64,000 nucleotides of DNA from the human T2T-CHM13v2.0 reference genome, Homo sapiens. The stretch lies in the NCBI RefSeq assembly GCF_009914755.1, contig NC_060947.1, one strand, 5' to 3'. Under the pieces are notes generated by a model. It worked only from the letters and a program-made list of their open reading frames with translations, was not told where the DNA came from and searched no databases. The translations under genes and the position numbers were made by a program. Below are positions 17,501 through 30,335 of this stretch, piece after piece (the first letter of the stretch is position 1; each line of letters starts with the position of its first letter).

Positions 17501-20500
17501 ACTCAGCTCTGGACCAAGTGGACCTAATAGACATCTACAGAACTCTCCACCTCCAATCAACAGAATATACATTCTTCTCAGCACCACATCACACTTTTTC
17601 TAAAATTAACCACATGATTAGAAGTAAAACACTCATCACAAAATGCAAAATAACAGAAATCATAACAAACAGTCTCTCAGACCACAAGCAATGAAATTAG
17701 AACTCAGGATTAAGAAACTCACTCAAAACTGCACAACTACGTGGAAACTGAACAACCTGCTCCTGAATGACTACTGGGTAAATAACGAAATGAAGGCAGA
17801 AATAAACAAGTTCTTTGAAATCAATGAGAACAAAGACACAACATACCAGAATCTCTGGGACACAACTAAAGCAGTGTTTAGAGGGAAATTTATAGCACTA
17901 AGTGCCCACAGGAGATAGTGGGAAAGATCTAAAAGTGACACCCTAACATCACAATTAAACGAACTAGAGATGCAAGAACAAACAAATTCAAAAGCTAGCA
18001 GAAGACAAGAAATAACTAAAATCAGAGCAGAAATGAAGGAGATAAAGACACAAAAACCCCTTCAAAAAATCAATAAATCCAGGAGCTGGTTGGTTGAAAA
18101 GATTAACAAAATAGATAGACCCCTAGCCAGACTAATAAAGAAGAAAACAGAAAAGAATCAAATAGAATAATAAAAAAAGATAAAGGTGATATCACCACTG
18201 ATCTCACAGATATACAAACTACCATAAGAGAATACTATAAATGCCTCTATGCAAATAAACTAGAAAATCTAGAAGAAATGGATAAATTCCCAGACACATA
18301 CACCCTGCCAAGACTAAACCAGGAAGAAGTTGAATGCCTGAATAGACCAATAATAAGTTCTGAAATTGGGGCAGTAATTGATAGCTTACAGACTAAAAAA
18401 AGCCAAGGATCAGATGGATACATAGCGGAATTCTACCAGAGGTACAAAGAGGAGCTGGTACCATTCCTTCTGAAATTATTCCAAGTGATAGAAAAAGAGG
18501 GGCTCCTCCCCAATTCATTTTATGAGGCCAGCATCATCCTGATACCAAAACCTGGTGGAGACACAGCAAAAAAAGAAAATTTCAGGCCAATATCCTTGAT
18601 GAACATTGATGCGAAAATCCTCAATAAAATACTGGTAAACTGAATCCAGCAGCACATCGAAAAGCTTATCCACCAAGATCAAGTCGGCTTCATCCCTAGG
18701 ATGAAAGGTTGGTTCAACATATGCAAATCAATAAACATAATCCATCACATAAACAGAACCAATGACAAAAACCACGCGATTTTCTCAATAGATGCAGAAA
18801 AGGCCTTTGAAAAAATATAACACCACTTTATGCTAAAATCTCTCAAAAAACTAGGCGCTGATGGAACATATCTCAAAATAATAAGAGCTATTTATGACAA
18901 ATTCATAGCCAATATCATACTGAATCTACAAAAGCTGGAAGCATTCCCTTTGAAAACTGGCACAAGACAAGGGTGCCCTCTCTCACCACTCCTATGCAAC
19001 ATAGTATTGGAAGTTCTGGCCAGGGCAATAAGGCAAGAGAAAGAAATAAAGCGTATTCAAACAGAAAGAGAGGAAGTCAAATTGTCTCTGTTTGCAGATG
19101 ACATGATTGTATATTTAGAAAATTCCACCATCTCTGTCCAAAATCTCTTTAAGCTGATAAGCAACTTCAGCATTGCCTCAGGTTACAAAATCAATGTGCA
19201 AAAATCACAAGCATTCCTATACACAAATGACAGACAAACAGAGAGCCAAATCATCAATGAACTCTCATTCACAATTGCTACAAGGACAATAAAATACCTA
19301 GGAATACAACTTACAAGTGATGTGAAGGACATCTTCAAGGAGAACTACAAACCACTGCTCAAGGAAGTAAGAGAGGACACAAACAAATGGAAAAACATTC
19401 CATGCTCATGGAGAGGAAGAATCAATATCATGAAAATGACCATAATACCCAAAGTAATTTATAGATTCAATGCTATCTCCATCAACCTACCATTGACTTT
19501 CTTCACAGAATTATAAAAAACTACTTTAAATTTTACAGGGAACCAAAAAAGAGCCCGTATAGCCAAGGCACTCCTAAGCAAAAAGAACAAAGCTGGAGGC
19601 ATCATGCTACCTGACTTCAAACTACACCACAAGGCTATGGTAACCAAAACAGCATGGTACTGGTATCAAAACAGATATATAGACCAATGGAACAGAATAG
19701 AGGCCTCAGAAATAACGCCACACATCTACAACCATCTGATCTTTGACTAACCTGACAAAAGCAATCAATGGGGAAAAAATTCTCTATTTAATAAATAGTG
19801 TTAGGAAAACTCGCTAACCATATGCAGAAAACAGAAACTGGATCCCTTCCTTACACTTTATACAAAAATTAACTCAAGATGGATTAAAGACCTAAACATA
19901 AGACCGAATAGCATCAAAACCCTAGAGAAAAACCTAGGCGATACCATTCAGGACATAGGCATGGGCAAAGGCTTCATGACAAAAACACCAAAAGCAATGG
20001 TAACAAAAGCCAAAATAGACAAATGGGATCTAACTAAACTAAAGTGCTTCTGCACAGCAAAAGAAACTATCCTCAGAGTGAACACGCAACCTACAGAATG
20101 GGAGAAAATTTTTCAATCTATCCATCTGACAAAGGGCTAATATCCAGAATCTACAAAGAACTTAAACAAATTTACAAGAAAAAAACAAACAACCTCATCA
20201 AAAAGTAGGCAAAGGATATGAACATACACTTCTCAAAAGAAGACATTTATGTGTTCAATGAACATATGAAAAAAAAGCTCATCATCGCTGGTCATTAGAG
20301 AAATGCAAATCAAAACCAAAATGAGATACCATCTCACTCCAGTTAGAATGGTGATCATTAAAAAGTCAGGAAACAGCAGATGCTGGAGAGGATGTGGACA
20401 AATAGGAATACTTTTACACTGTTGGTGGGTGTGTAAATTAGTTCAACCATTGTGGAAAACAGTGTGACAATTCTTCAAGGATCTAGAACCAGAAATACCA

Positions 20501-21023
20501 TTTGACCCAGCAATCCGATTACTGGGTATACACACAAAGGATTATAAATTATTCTACTATAAAGACTCATGCACATATATGCTTACTGCAGCACTGTTCA
20601 CATTAGCAAAGACTTAGAACCAACCCAAATGTCCATCAATGATAGACTGGATAAAGAAAATGTGGCACATATACACCATGGAATACTATGCAGTATGAGC
20701 TCATGTCCTTTGCAGTGACATGGATGAAGCTGGAAACCATCATTCTCAGCAAACTAACACAGAAACAGAAACCCAAACACCACGTGTTCTCACTCATAAG
20801 TGGGAATTGGACAATGAGATCACATGGACACAGGGAGGGGAACATCACACACCAGGGCCTGGTAGGGTGCTAGGGGAGGGATAGAATTAGGAGAAATACC
20901 TCATGTAGATGACAGGTTGATGGGTGCAGCAAACCACCACGGCATGTGTATATATATATATAACAAACCTGCACATTCTGCACATGTATCCCAGAACTTA
21001 AAATATAATAATATTTAAAAAAA
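14596..21023 (+). mobile_element. Full-length LINE-1, L1PA7-like, inactive
   Basis: 5' end ggctggcaacatggccaaataggaacagctcc, ~1.3-kb 5'UTR, fragmented ORF1 (MRKNQ at ~15936) and ORF2 (MTGSNSH at ~17025, FADD). 3'UTR gttgatgggtgcagcaaaccacc...tatcccagaactta. Confidence 0.95.
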
Positions 21024-21263
21024 TATGCTAGGTACCAACAAAAGATTTGCCTCTCCAAAAAAAAGTAATACTTGTCTATAAATTACCTATGACATTGTGG
21101 CTCCAGCCCTGTAAATGCAGGAATTAAAACAGTGGGAGTAATTTTTAAATTAATTTAAATGTACATATTAAGTCTTTCACATTCCATGTTTTAGTGTACA
21201 GAAACATCTTGTGGAAGATTCCTGGAAAAGAAGAATGAAAATTATGAGAGTCAAGGGCCATTA

Positions 21264-21577
<314 letters not shown>

Positions 21578-22029
21578 AGAAACAAGAACCTCCCACCTGA
21601 CTTTCTTAGGAGCACAATCTTTTTCCAACTGCTTACTGCTATTTGTACTCTCTGCCCTGTCTGAAGTTGGCAGCATTCCCATCTTTCAACATAGGCTCTC
21701 AGATTGTGAACCTTATCTATTATCTTTTCAGTTCTCAGATTACATAGGTTCTAAAGTCACTAGTAATTGATGCTGTTAATTCTAAGGAGCTGTCTGTTTT
21801 TGATAACTCCTGCTCACAGTGAAAAAATCCTCCTGGACTTTTCGGACCAGTTGAAAGCACCTCTCTGTATCCTCTGTCTCTTCTCTAATCTGTGTCTGGA
21901 GCATGTCCATACCAACCACATAGAGACATAGAATTTGAATAGACAGCTTTATTTCTTCATTTATATGCTGTCTTTCTGTTCTGTCCTGGCCCCTCACCAG
22001 TGTCTTTCTTCACTTTATTTTCCAGTGCC

Positions 22030-22125
22030 ACAGTTGCATGGCTGTGCACTATATCACTCCTGGGGATTACCATCCATTTGGACTGCAGAATCAGAGGAGA
22101 CTCTAGAGTTGTACGCCGTGCTGGC
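22030..22125. mobile_element. MER91-like hAT DNA transposon remnant
   Basis: cagttgcatggctgtgcactatatcactcctgggg...ctctagagttgtacg resembles the recalled palindromic MER91 core. Confidence 0.4.
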
Positions 22126-22665
22126 ATCTCACAGGTCTGCCCTGATCAAGAAGCTTGATGCTAGTGCATAATTAAGAAGTGGAAAAAAAAGTGAGGGCCA
22201 CCATTATGCTACATAGAATTCTGTAGAGTTGGTTTTTTCAAGGAATACCTGTTATTTTAAGTGGGCATGTAAGGCTGTCACTTTGACAAAGCTTTATTAG
22301 ATGTACATGAATAAAATTATAGGAGTAGTAAATGAAATATTTTACTTAGAAACCCTCACTCAATTACTCTTTGAAATACTCTTTCATGTATTAAAAACAA
22401 AACCCAGACTAGTGTTTTCACATTTTCAAGATGAAGAACACTGTGGATGAAGCAACAGTAATCATCAGAGCATTAGCCCATGAATCAGAATAATGAGTTT
22501 CAATTTCTTTGAACATTGTGCTGTGTTTCAATGAAAATAGTTTTAGATCTATTACTTTATCCTAGATCCCAAGATAACCATGATCAATAATTATTCATTC
22601 ATAAATGTATTTATTTAAAAAATTATTAAACACTAATGATAAGAGAAAAAAAAAGCAAGAAATTC

Positions 22666-23151
22666 TGTCACTTGCAACAACATGAACCCAAATGACATTA
22701 TGCTAAGTGAAATAAGCCAGGCACAGAGAGACAAATACTGTATGCTCTCACTTATATGTGGAATATAAGAAAGCTGAATTCATAGATGTAGAGAGTAGAA
22801 TGGTGATTACCAGAGGAGGAGAGGAGGGTGGATGGTAAAAGAGAAGATGTTGATCAAAGGGTAGAGAGTTTCAATTAGATGGGAGGTATAAATTCTGGTG
22901 ACCTATTGCACAGCATGGTAACAGTAGTTAATAATAATGTATATTTAAAAATAGCTAAAAGGGGAAATTTTAAATGTTCTCACCAAAACAAAATGATAAG
23001 TATGTCAGATGATGGATATGTCAATTAGCCTGATTTGGTCATTCCATAATGTATACCTATATTGAAACATGACATTGTACCCCATAAATATATGCAATTA
23101 TATATATATATATGTATATATATAAAATTACAAATGAAATAAAACTTTAAA
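22666..23151 (+). mobile_element. L1MA 3' end, right half of the element split at 14595
   Basis: tgtcacttgcaacaacatg...gacattatgctaagtgaaataagccaggcacag continues directly from ...gaaattc. Confidence 0.88.
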
Positions 23152-23620
23152 TAGGAAAGAACTTTTTGAAGATGTAATAGCTGAAAATTTTGTGGAACTA
23201 AAAGCAGCTTCTTAGACTGAAAGTGCATTCCAAGCACCAAATAGGCTAAATAAAAATACATCTATGCCTAGGAAAACCTTATAAAACTGCAGAGCAACAA
23301 GTTAACGAGACAATCTTTAAAAATATTACACAGAAAAGACAGATAATAAACAAAAGACTGAGCTGATTTCTCAACTAAAAAAAAAGAGTCCATAGACAAT
23401 AAAATGATAACTTCAAAGTACTAGGGGTGAGAAAAGACTGTGAATTTGGAATTTCGTACTCAATTAAATGATCATTTATGAACAAGGCCAATATACAGGC
23501 ATTTTCAAACATGGATTGAGTAAGAAAGTTTATTACAAGTTCTTACTAAAAGCATTTTTAAGAGATACATCTAAAAAAGAAGAAAAGTAAACACAGAAGA
23601 AAGGTGTATTTCTGAAAACT
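23152..23620 (+). mobile_element. Ancient L1 ORF1 fragment (HAL1/L1ME-like), right part
   Basis: tttgaagatgtaatagctgaaaattt...cttagactgaaagtgc...gctgatttctcaac...cttcaaagtactagg. Confidence 0.55.
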
Positions 23621-23718
23621 GTAATAAGTAGAGAAATTGACCAAATATGCCAGTAAATTTAATTTTCCATTGTAAAAATTATTAAGTATTTTAAGAGTAG
23701 AATCACAATTTTAAACTA

Positions 23719-23905
23719 AGGGTTGGCAAACTTTTTCAGTAAATATCCAGATAGCAATTATCTTAGCTCAGAGATGCCATACAGTTTCTGCTGCAACTAC
23801 ATACTGTCATTGTAGGGCAAAAGCAGCCATAAGCAATGTGTAAATGAGCATGGCAGTGTTCCGATAAACTGCTATTTTAAAAAGAAGTGGCTGAACAGTG
23901 GACTG
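23719..23905 (+). mobile_element. MER58A hAT-Charlie MITE
   Basis: agggttggcaaactttttc...ccatacagtttctgctgcaactac...aaaagcagccata. Confidence 0.75.
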
Positions 23906-24319
23906 TTTAGCTCCAGGACCTCTTCTCTGAACAATGCTACAAATATAAGTTGCCATTAAAGCATGTTAAATTTCTCTTTATAGTTGAGAAAAGGATACAA
24001 AGATTGGGTAATTCTGTTTCCTTAGAATATCTCTGGAAGGAAAAATGCCTTGAACTTTTTTCAGCTATTACCATAGTGAAGCACAGTTGAGGGCAAGGCC
24101 CTTCGGAAAGAGAATACAAGGTAGAAATCTGTCAGAGACACTCATGGGAAAAAGGCAGGGGCAGACAAGACATTTTACATATATGGTATTTTTTTCTAGG
24201 CAGGCTCTGGGGTATTACTGCAGTGGTAAGTAATCATAAGCTGTTTTTCACTAAATAATTGCACTTATCTTTCAGGTTCAGCTTAAATTTTCCTTACTTT
24301 CATGTCTGAGTGAAGTGTA

Positions 24320-24532
24320 CCCCCTATATGCCTCCTATAGCACCTTTAAACATATACCTAATGTAAAACTTAACATATTTGATCATATTTGCTAGTCTGG
24401 GGTTTTTCTCATAGAAAATGAGTTCTGTGAAAAGAGATGTCATGATTGTCTCATTCATTATTGTATTATTCATGCCAGGACAGTGCCTGTCACGTGGCAG
24501 ATACTGCACCGATGTTTGTTAAATGAATAAAT
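24320..24532 (+). mobile_element. L2 LINE 3' end
   Basis: ggacagtgcctgtcacgtggcagatactgc...tgtttgttaaatgaataaat. Confidence 0.7.
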
Positions 24533-24622
24533 AGCTACTTCTATTGAATTAATGACACATGAACATGTGCCAAGATATATAACCTCTGTTTTGGGGGTTA
24601 CATTATCATCTTGATCTTTCAC

Positions 24623-24770
24623 ATTTATTTAACCAACAAATAATGAATTAGCACTCACTATAGGTAAGGCACCATTCTAGATTCTGATTATATAAGCAGT
24701 GAGCAAAATAGTCCCTGTCTCATGTAGTTTACATTCTAATGGGGATGAGAGATAATAAACATATAAAAAT
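24623..24770 (-). mobile_element. L2 LINE 3' end
   Basis: atttatttaaccaacaaata...agcactcactataggtaaggcaccattctag...gtccctgtctcatgtagtttacattcta. Confidence 0.7.
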
Positions 24771-25044
24771 GTTTACAAGTGGAAAACATTACCACTTGTA
24801 ATGATTACCAGTAAAATCATTGTTCTTTGATGGGTCAGGACTTTAGCACTTCAGAGTTAACATCAACCACCAGTAAGTAAGAAAGATGGTGAAGATGGAC
24901 AAAGAAATTTGGCTGAATCTGTATTGAACTCATTCTGTCCTGGCAGGTTACAATGTTTAGTAAATACATAACATCAGATCATTTAGTTGTCTCTTACTAG
25001 AAAATGTTCTAAAATATCCAGCTAATTAATACTGCTTCTTAAAT

Positions 25045-25185
25045 AGTATAGCTGGGGAAAAGCACTCTAATGAATATTAGAATTGGTTTCTAGACTTAGG
25101 CTTGCCATTCAATTACCATGTGACCTTAGGCAAGTGAGTTATTTCTTCTCTCTGGGCCTCAGTTTTTCCCATGAGAGAACTGGGT
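25045..25185 (+). mobile_element. MIR/MIR3 fragment
   Basis: catgtgaccttaggcaagt...ctctctgggcctcagtttttccc. Confidence 0.7.
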
Positions 25186-25194
25186 TCAATCAAA

Positions 25195-25665
25195 GAATTT
25201 AGTCATTTAGTTGTTTTCTTACCACTGTCATTATTTTTACCGTATTTGAATACCATATCTGTTATCATTTACCTAATAATTATTAGGTAATAATAAGTAT
25301 TATTAGGTAATAATAAGTATTATAATATTATTAGGTAATAATAAGTATTATAATATTATTAGGTAATAATAAGTATTATATTAGGCAATAATAAGTATTA
25401 TATTAGGTAATAATAAGTATTATAATATTAGGTAATAATAAATATAATAATATTATTAGGTAATAAGTATTATTACCTAATAATTTTCTTTAAATTAAAA
25501 CACGTTTTGTGTTTAGTAGTAAATAATATTGGTGAAATCATGATTGTAATATGCTAGTTATAGTGTTTCCTGGTGAATCATTAAATTCATAGCTTTTAAA
25601 ATGTTTTTTAATGCCACCTTTCAACGTACCATAAGTGGCATTTCTATGTCATTTGGAAATGCTGG
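25195..25665. mobile_element. MER113A-like hAT element containing an AT-rich expansion
   Basis: tttctttaaatt...aataatattggtgaaatcatgattgtaatatgctagttata...cgtaccataagtgg...tttggaaatgctg. Confidence 0.55.
25269..25485. repeat. AT-rich minisatellite (about 8 x tattaggtaataataagtat) bounded by inverted copies
   Basis: Units read directly from the sequence. ttacctaataatt occurs at both ends. Confidence 0.92.
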
Positions 25666-25851
25666 ATTAAATGACTTTCAAGTCCTCTGCATTCTAAATA
25701 TTAATATTTTATGAGGTTTTTTGTATGACTGCTTTATCTCAAAAAATATATAAAATAATGCTTAGTATTTGAAAACAATTAAAACCTGTACTTTGTTTGA
25801 ATATCTTTCTTCTCTTTCTCATTTACCCGACTGTAATACTTTCCAGGGTAC

Positions 25852-26109
25852 TGTCAGGCCTCTGAGCCCAGGCCAGGCCATCGCATCCCCTGTGACTTGC
25901 ACGTATACATCCAGATGGCCTAAAGTAACTGAAGATCCACAAAAGAAGTAAAAACAGCCTTAAATGATGACATTCCACCATTGTGATTTGTTCCTGACCC
26001 ACTCTAACTGATCAAAGTACTTTGTAATCTCCCCCACCCTTAAGAAGGTTCTTTGTAATTCTCCCCACCCTTGAGAATGTACTTTGTGAGATCCACCCCT
26101 GCCCGCTAA
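25852..26109 (+). mobile_element. 5' LTR7-family LTR (LTR7Y/type Ia-like), 3' portion deleted
   Basis: Matches the 3' LTR up to acccctgccc (26104 = 31220), then joins the primer-binding site after gctaat. Confidence 0.92.
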
Positions 26110-26111
26110 TT

Positions 26112-26129
26112 TGGTGCGGTGACTTGGAT
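26112..26129 (+). promoter_or_regulatory. Primer-binding site complementary to tRNA-His
   Basis: tggtgcggtgacttggat versus the HERV-H consensus tggtgccgtgactcggat. Confidence 0.88.
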
Positions 26130-26570
26130 CGGGGGACATCCCTTGGGAGATCAATCCCCTGTCCTCCTGCTCTTTGCTCCGTGAGAAAGATCCACCTACG
26201 ACCTCAGGTCCTCAGTCCGACCAGCCCAAGAAACATCTCACCAATTTCAAATCCAGTAAGCGGCCTCTTTTTACTCTCTTCTCCAACTTCCCTCACTATC
26301 CCTCAACCTCTTTCTCCTTTCAATCTTGGCACTACACTTCAATCTTTCCCTTCTCTTAATTTCAATTCCTTTTATTTTCTGGTAGAGACAAAAGAGACAC
26401 GTTTTATCCGTGGACCCAAAACTCCGGCACCAGTCACGGACTGGGAAGGCAGCCTTCCCTTGGTGTTTAATCATTGCAGGGACGCCTCTCTGATTATACA
26501 CCCACGTTTCAAGGGTGTCAGACCACGCAGGGATGCCTGCCTTGGTCCTTCACCCTTTGCAGCAAGTCCC

Positions 26571-26925
26571 GCTTTTCTGGGGAAGGGGAAAGTACCCAAC
26601 CCTTTCTCTCCTTGTCTCTACCCCTTCTCTGCTTTTCTGGGGAAGGGACAAGTACCCCAACCCCTTCTCTCCTTGTCTCTACCCCTTCTCTGCTTTCCTG
26701 GGGCAGGGGCAAGTACCCCAACCCCTTCTCTCCTTGTCTCTACCCCTTCTCTGCTTTCCTGGGGCAGGGGCAAGTACCCCTCAACCCCTTCTCCTTCACC
26801 CTTAGCGGCAAGTCCCACTTTCCTGGGGCAGGGCCAAGTATCCCTCAACCCCCTCTCCTTCACCCTTAGCAGCAAGTCCTGCTTTTCTAGGGGGCAAGAA
26901 ACCCCAAACCCCTTCTCCGTGTCTC
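26571..26925 (+). repeat. ~60-bp tandem repeat in the HERV-H leader (about 6 units)
   Basis: Units of the form gcttt(t/c)ctgggg(a/c)agggg(a/c)aagtaccc...ccccttctc start near 26571, 26631, 26692, 26753, 26815 and 26881. Confidence 0.85.
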
Positions 26926-27949
26926 TACTCTTTTCTCTGGGCTTGCCTCCTTCACTATGGGTAAGCTTCCACCTTCCATTCCTCCTTCTTCTCCCTTAGC
27001 CTGTGTTCTCAAAAACTTAAAACCTCTTCAACTCACACCTGACCTAAAACCTAAATGCCATATTTTCTTCTACAATGCCTCTTGACCCCAATACAAACTC
27101 GACAGTAGTTCCAAATAGCTGGAAAATGGCACTTTCAATTTTTCCATCCTACAAGATCTAAATAATTCTTGTCGTAAAATGGGCAAATGGTCTGAGGTGC
27201 CTGACGTCCAGGCATTCTTTTACACATCAGACCCTTCCTAGTCTCTGTGCCCAGTGCAACTCCTCCCAAATCTTCCTTCTTTCCCTCCCGCCTGTCCCCT
27301 CAGTCCCAACCCCAAGCGTCGCTGAGTCTTTCTAATCTTCCTTTTCTACAGATCCATCTGACCTCTCCCCTCCTTGCCAGCCCAAGCTAGGTCCTAATTC
27401 TTCCTCAGCCTCCACTCCTCCACCCTGTAATCTTTTTATCGCCTCCCCTCCTCACACCTGGTCTGGCTTACAGTTTTGTTCTGTGACTAGCCGTCCCCCA
27501 CCTGCCCAGCAATTTATTCTTAAAAAGGTAGCTGGAGCTAAAGGCATAGTCAAGGTTAATGCTCCTTTTTCTTTATCCCAAATCAGATGGCGTTTAGGCT
27601 TTTTCATCAAATATAAAAACCCAGCCCAGTTCATGGCTCGTTCAGCAGCAACCCTGAGACGCTTTACAGCCCTAGACCCTAAAAGGTCAAAAGGCCATCT
27701 TATTCTCAATATACATTGTATTACCCAATCTGCTCCTGACATTAAATAAAACTCCAAAAATTAAATTCTGGCCCTCAAACCCCACAACAGGATTTAATTA
27801 ACCTCACCTTCAAGGTGTACAATAATAGAAAAAAGTTGCAATTCCTTGCCTCCACTGTGAGACAAACCCCAGCCACATCTCCAGCACACAAGAACTTCCA
27901 AACGCCTGAACTGCAGTAGCCAGGCATTCCTCCAGAACCTCCTTCCCCA

Positions 27950-28065
27950 GGAGCTTGCTACAAGTGCCAGAAATCTGACCACCAGGCCAAGGAATGCCTA
28001 CAGCCCAGGATTCCTCCTAAGCCATGTCCCATCTGTGCGGGACCCCACTGGAAATTGGACTGTTC
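27950..28065 (+). pseudogene. gag: HERV-H gag nucleocapsid zinc knuckles (remnant)
   Basis: Translates as CYKCQKSDHQAKEC and CPICAGPHWKLDC. Confidence 0.85.
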
Positions 28066-28199
28066 AACTCACCTGGCAGCCACTCCCAGAGCCCCTGGAA
28101 CTCTGGCCCAAGGCTCTCTGACTGACTCCTTCTTGGCTTAGTGGCTGAAGACTGATGCAGCCCGATCGCCTCGGAAGCCCCCTAGGCCATCACGGACGC

Positions 28200-30335
28200 C
28201 CAGCTTCGGGTAACTCTCACAGTGGAAGGTAAACCCGTCCCCTTCTTAATCAATATGGAGGCTACCCACTCCACATTACTTTCTTTTCAAGGGCCTGTTT
28301 CCCTTGCCTCCATAACTGTTGTGGGTATTGACAGCCAGGCTTCTAAACCTCTTAAAACTCCCCAACTCTGGTGCTAACTTAGATAATACTCTTTTAAGCA
28401 CTCCTTTTTAGTTATCCCCACCTGCCCAGTTCCCTTATTAGGCTGAGACACTTTAACTAAATTATCTGCTTCCCTGACTATTCCTGGACTACAGCTGCAT
28501 CTCATTGCCGCCCTTCTTCCCAATCCAAAGCCTCCTTTGCGTCCTCCTCTTGTATTCCCTCACCTTAACCCACAAGTATAAGATACCTCTACTCCCTCCT
28601 TGGCGACCGATCATGCACCCCTTACCATCTCATTAAAACCTAATCACCCTTACCCCACTCAATGTCAAGATCCCATCCCACAGCACGCTTTAAAAGGATT
28701 AAAGCCTGTTATCACTCGCCTGCTACAGCATGGCCTTTTAAAGCCTATAAACTCTCCTTACAATTCCCCCATTTTACCTGTCGTAAAACCAGACAAGCCT
28801 TACAAGTTAGTTCAGAATCTGCGCCTTATCAACCAAATTGTTTTGCCTATCCACCCCGTGGTGCCAAACCCATATACTCTCCTATCCTCAATACCTCCCT
28901 CTACTACCCATTATTCTGTTCTAGATCTCAAACATGCTTTCTTTACTATTCCTTTGCACCCTTCATCCCAGCCTCTCTTTGCTTTAACTTAGACTGACCC
29001 TGACACCCATTAGGCTCAGCAAATTACCTGGGCTGTACTGCTGCAAGGCTTCACAGACAGCCCCCATTACTTCAGTCAAGCCCAAATTTAATCCTCATCT
29101 GTTACCTATCTCGGCGTAATTCTCATAAAAACACACGTGCTTTCCCTGCTGATCATGTCTGATTAATCTCCCAAACCTCAATCCCTTACAAAACAACAAC
29201 TCCTTTCCTTCCTAGGCATGGTTAGTGCAGTCAGAATTCTTACACAAGAGCCAGGACCGCACCCTGTAGCCTTTCTGTCCAAACAACTTGACCTTTAGCC
29301 TAGCCCTCATGTCTGCGTGCAGCGGCTGCCACTGCTTTAATACTTTTAGAGGCCCTAAAAATCACAAACTATGCTCAACTCACTCTCTACATTTCTCATA
29401 ACTTCCAAAATCTATTTTCTTCCTCACACCTGATGCATATACTTTCTGCTCCCCGGCTCCTTCAGCTGTACTCACTCTTTAAGTCCCACAATTACCATTG
29501 TTCCTGGCCCAGACTTCAATCTGGCCTCCCACATTATTCCTGATACCACACCTGACCCCCATGACTGTATCTCTCTGATCCACCTGATATTCACCCCATT
29601 TCCCCATATTTCCTTCTTTCCTGTTCCTCACCCTGATCATGCTTGATTTATTGATGGCAGTTCCACCAGGCCTAATCGCCACATACCAGCAAAGGCAGGC
29701 TATGCTATATAGTACAAGCCACTAGTCCGCCTCTTAGAACCTCTCATTTCCTTTCCATCGTGGAAATCTGTCCTCAAGGAAATAACTTTTCAGTGTTCCA
29801 TCTGCTATTCTACTACTCCTCAGGGATTATTCAGGCCCCCTCCCTTCCCTATACATCAAGCTCGAGGATTTGCCCCCACCCAGGACTGGCAAATTAGCTT
29901 TATTCAACATGCCCAAGTCAGGAAACTAAAATACCTCTTAGTCCAAATAGACACTTTCACTGAATAAGTAAAGGCCTTTCCTACAGGGTCTGAGAAGGCC
30001 ACCACAGTCATTTCTTTCCTTCTGTCAGACATAATTCCTCAGTTTAGCCTTCCCACCTCTATATAGTCTGATAACAGACCAGCCTTTATTAGTCAAATCA
30101 GCCAAGCAGTTTTTCAGGTTCTTAGTAGGTTTCAGTGAAACCTCTATATCCCTTACGGTCCTCCGTCTTCAAGAAAGGTAGAACAGACTAAAGGTCTTTT
30201 AAAAACACACCTCACCAAGCTCAGCCACCAACTTAAAAAGGACTGGAGAATACTTTTACCACTTTTGCTTCTCAGAATTCAGGCCTGTCCTCAGAATGCT
30301 ACAAGGTACAGCCCATTTAAGCTCCTGTATAGATG
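28200..30335 (+). pseudogene. pol: HERV-H pro-pol remnant (protease, RT, RNase H, integrase pieces)
   Basis: SPYNSPILPVVKPDKPYKLVQNLRLIN...YSVLDLKHAFFTIPL. Integrase-like caggactggcaaatt and tctgataacagaccagccttt. Many stops. Confidence 0.88.

Noticed and set aside
25269-25485. CRISPR-like array
   Set aside because: There are no unique spacers, the units are contiguous AT-rich repeats, and the context is eukaryotic with no cas genes.
26571-26925. CRISPR-like or regularly spaced repeat array
   Set aside because: It is a tandem duplication of whole units inside a retroviral leader, with no variable spacers.
26124-26999. 291-aa ORF as a novel protein
   Set aside because: It has a non-ATG start and lies in the HERV-H leader, kept open by a pyrimidine-rich tandem repeat. 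No recognisable domain.
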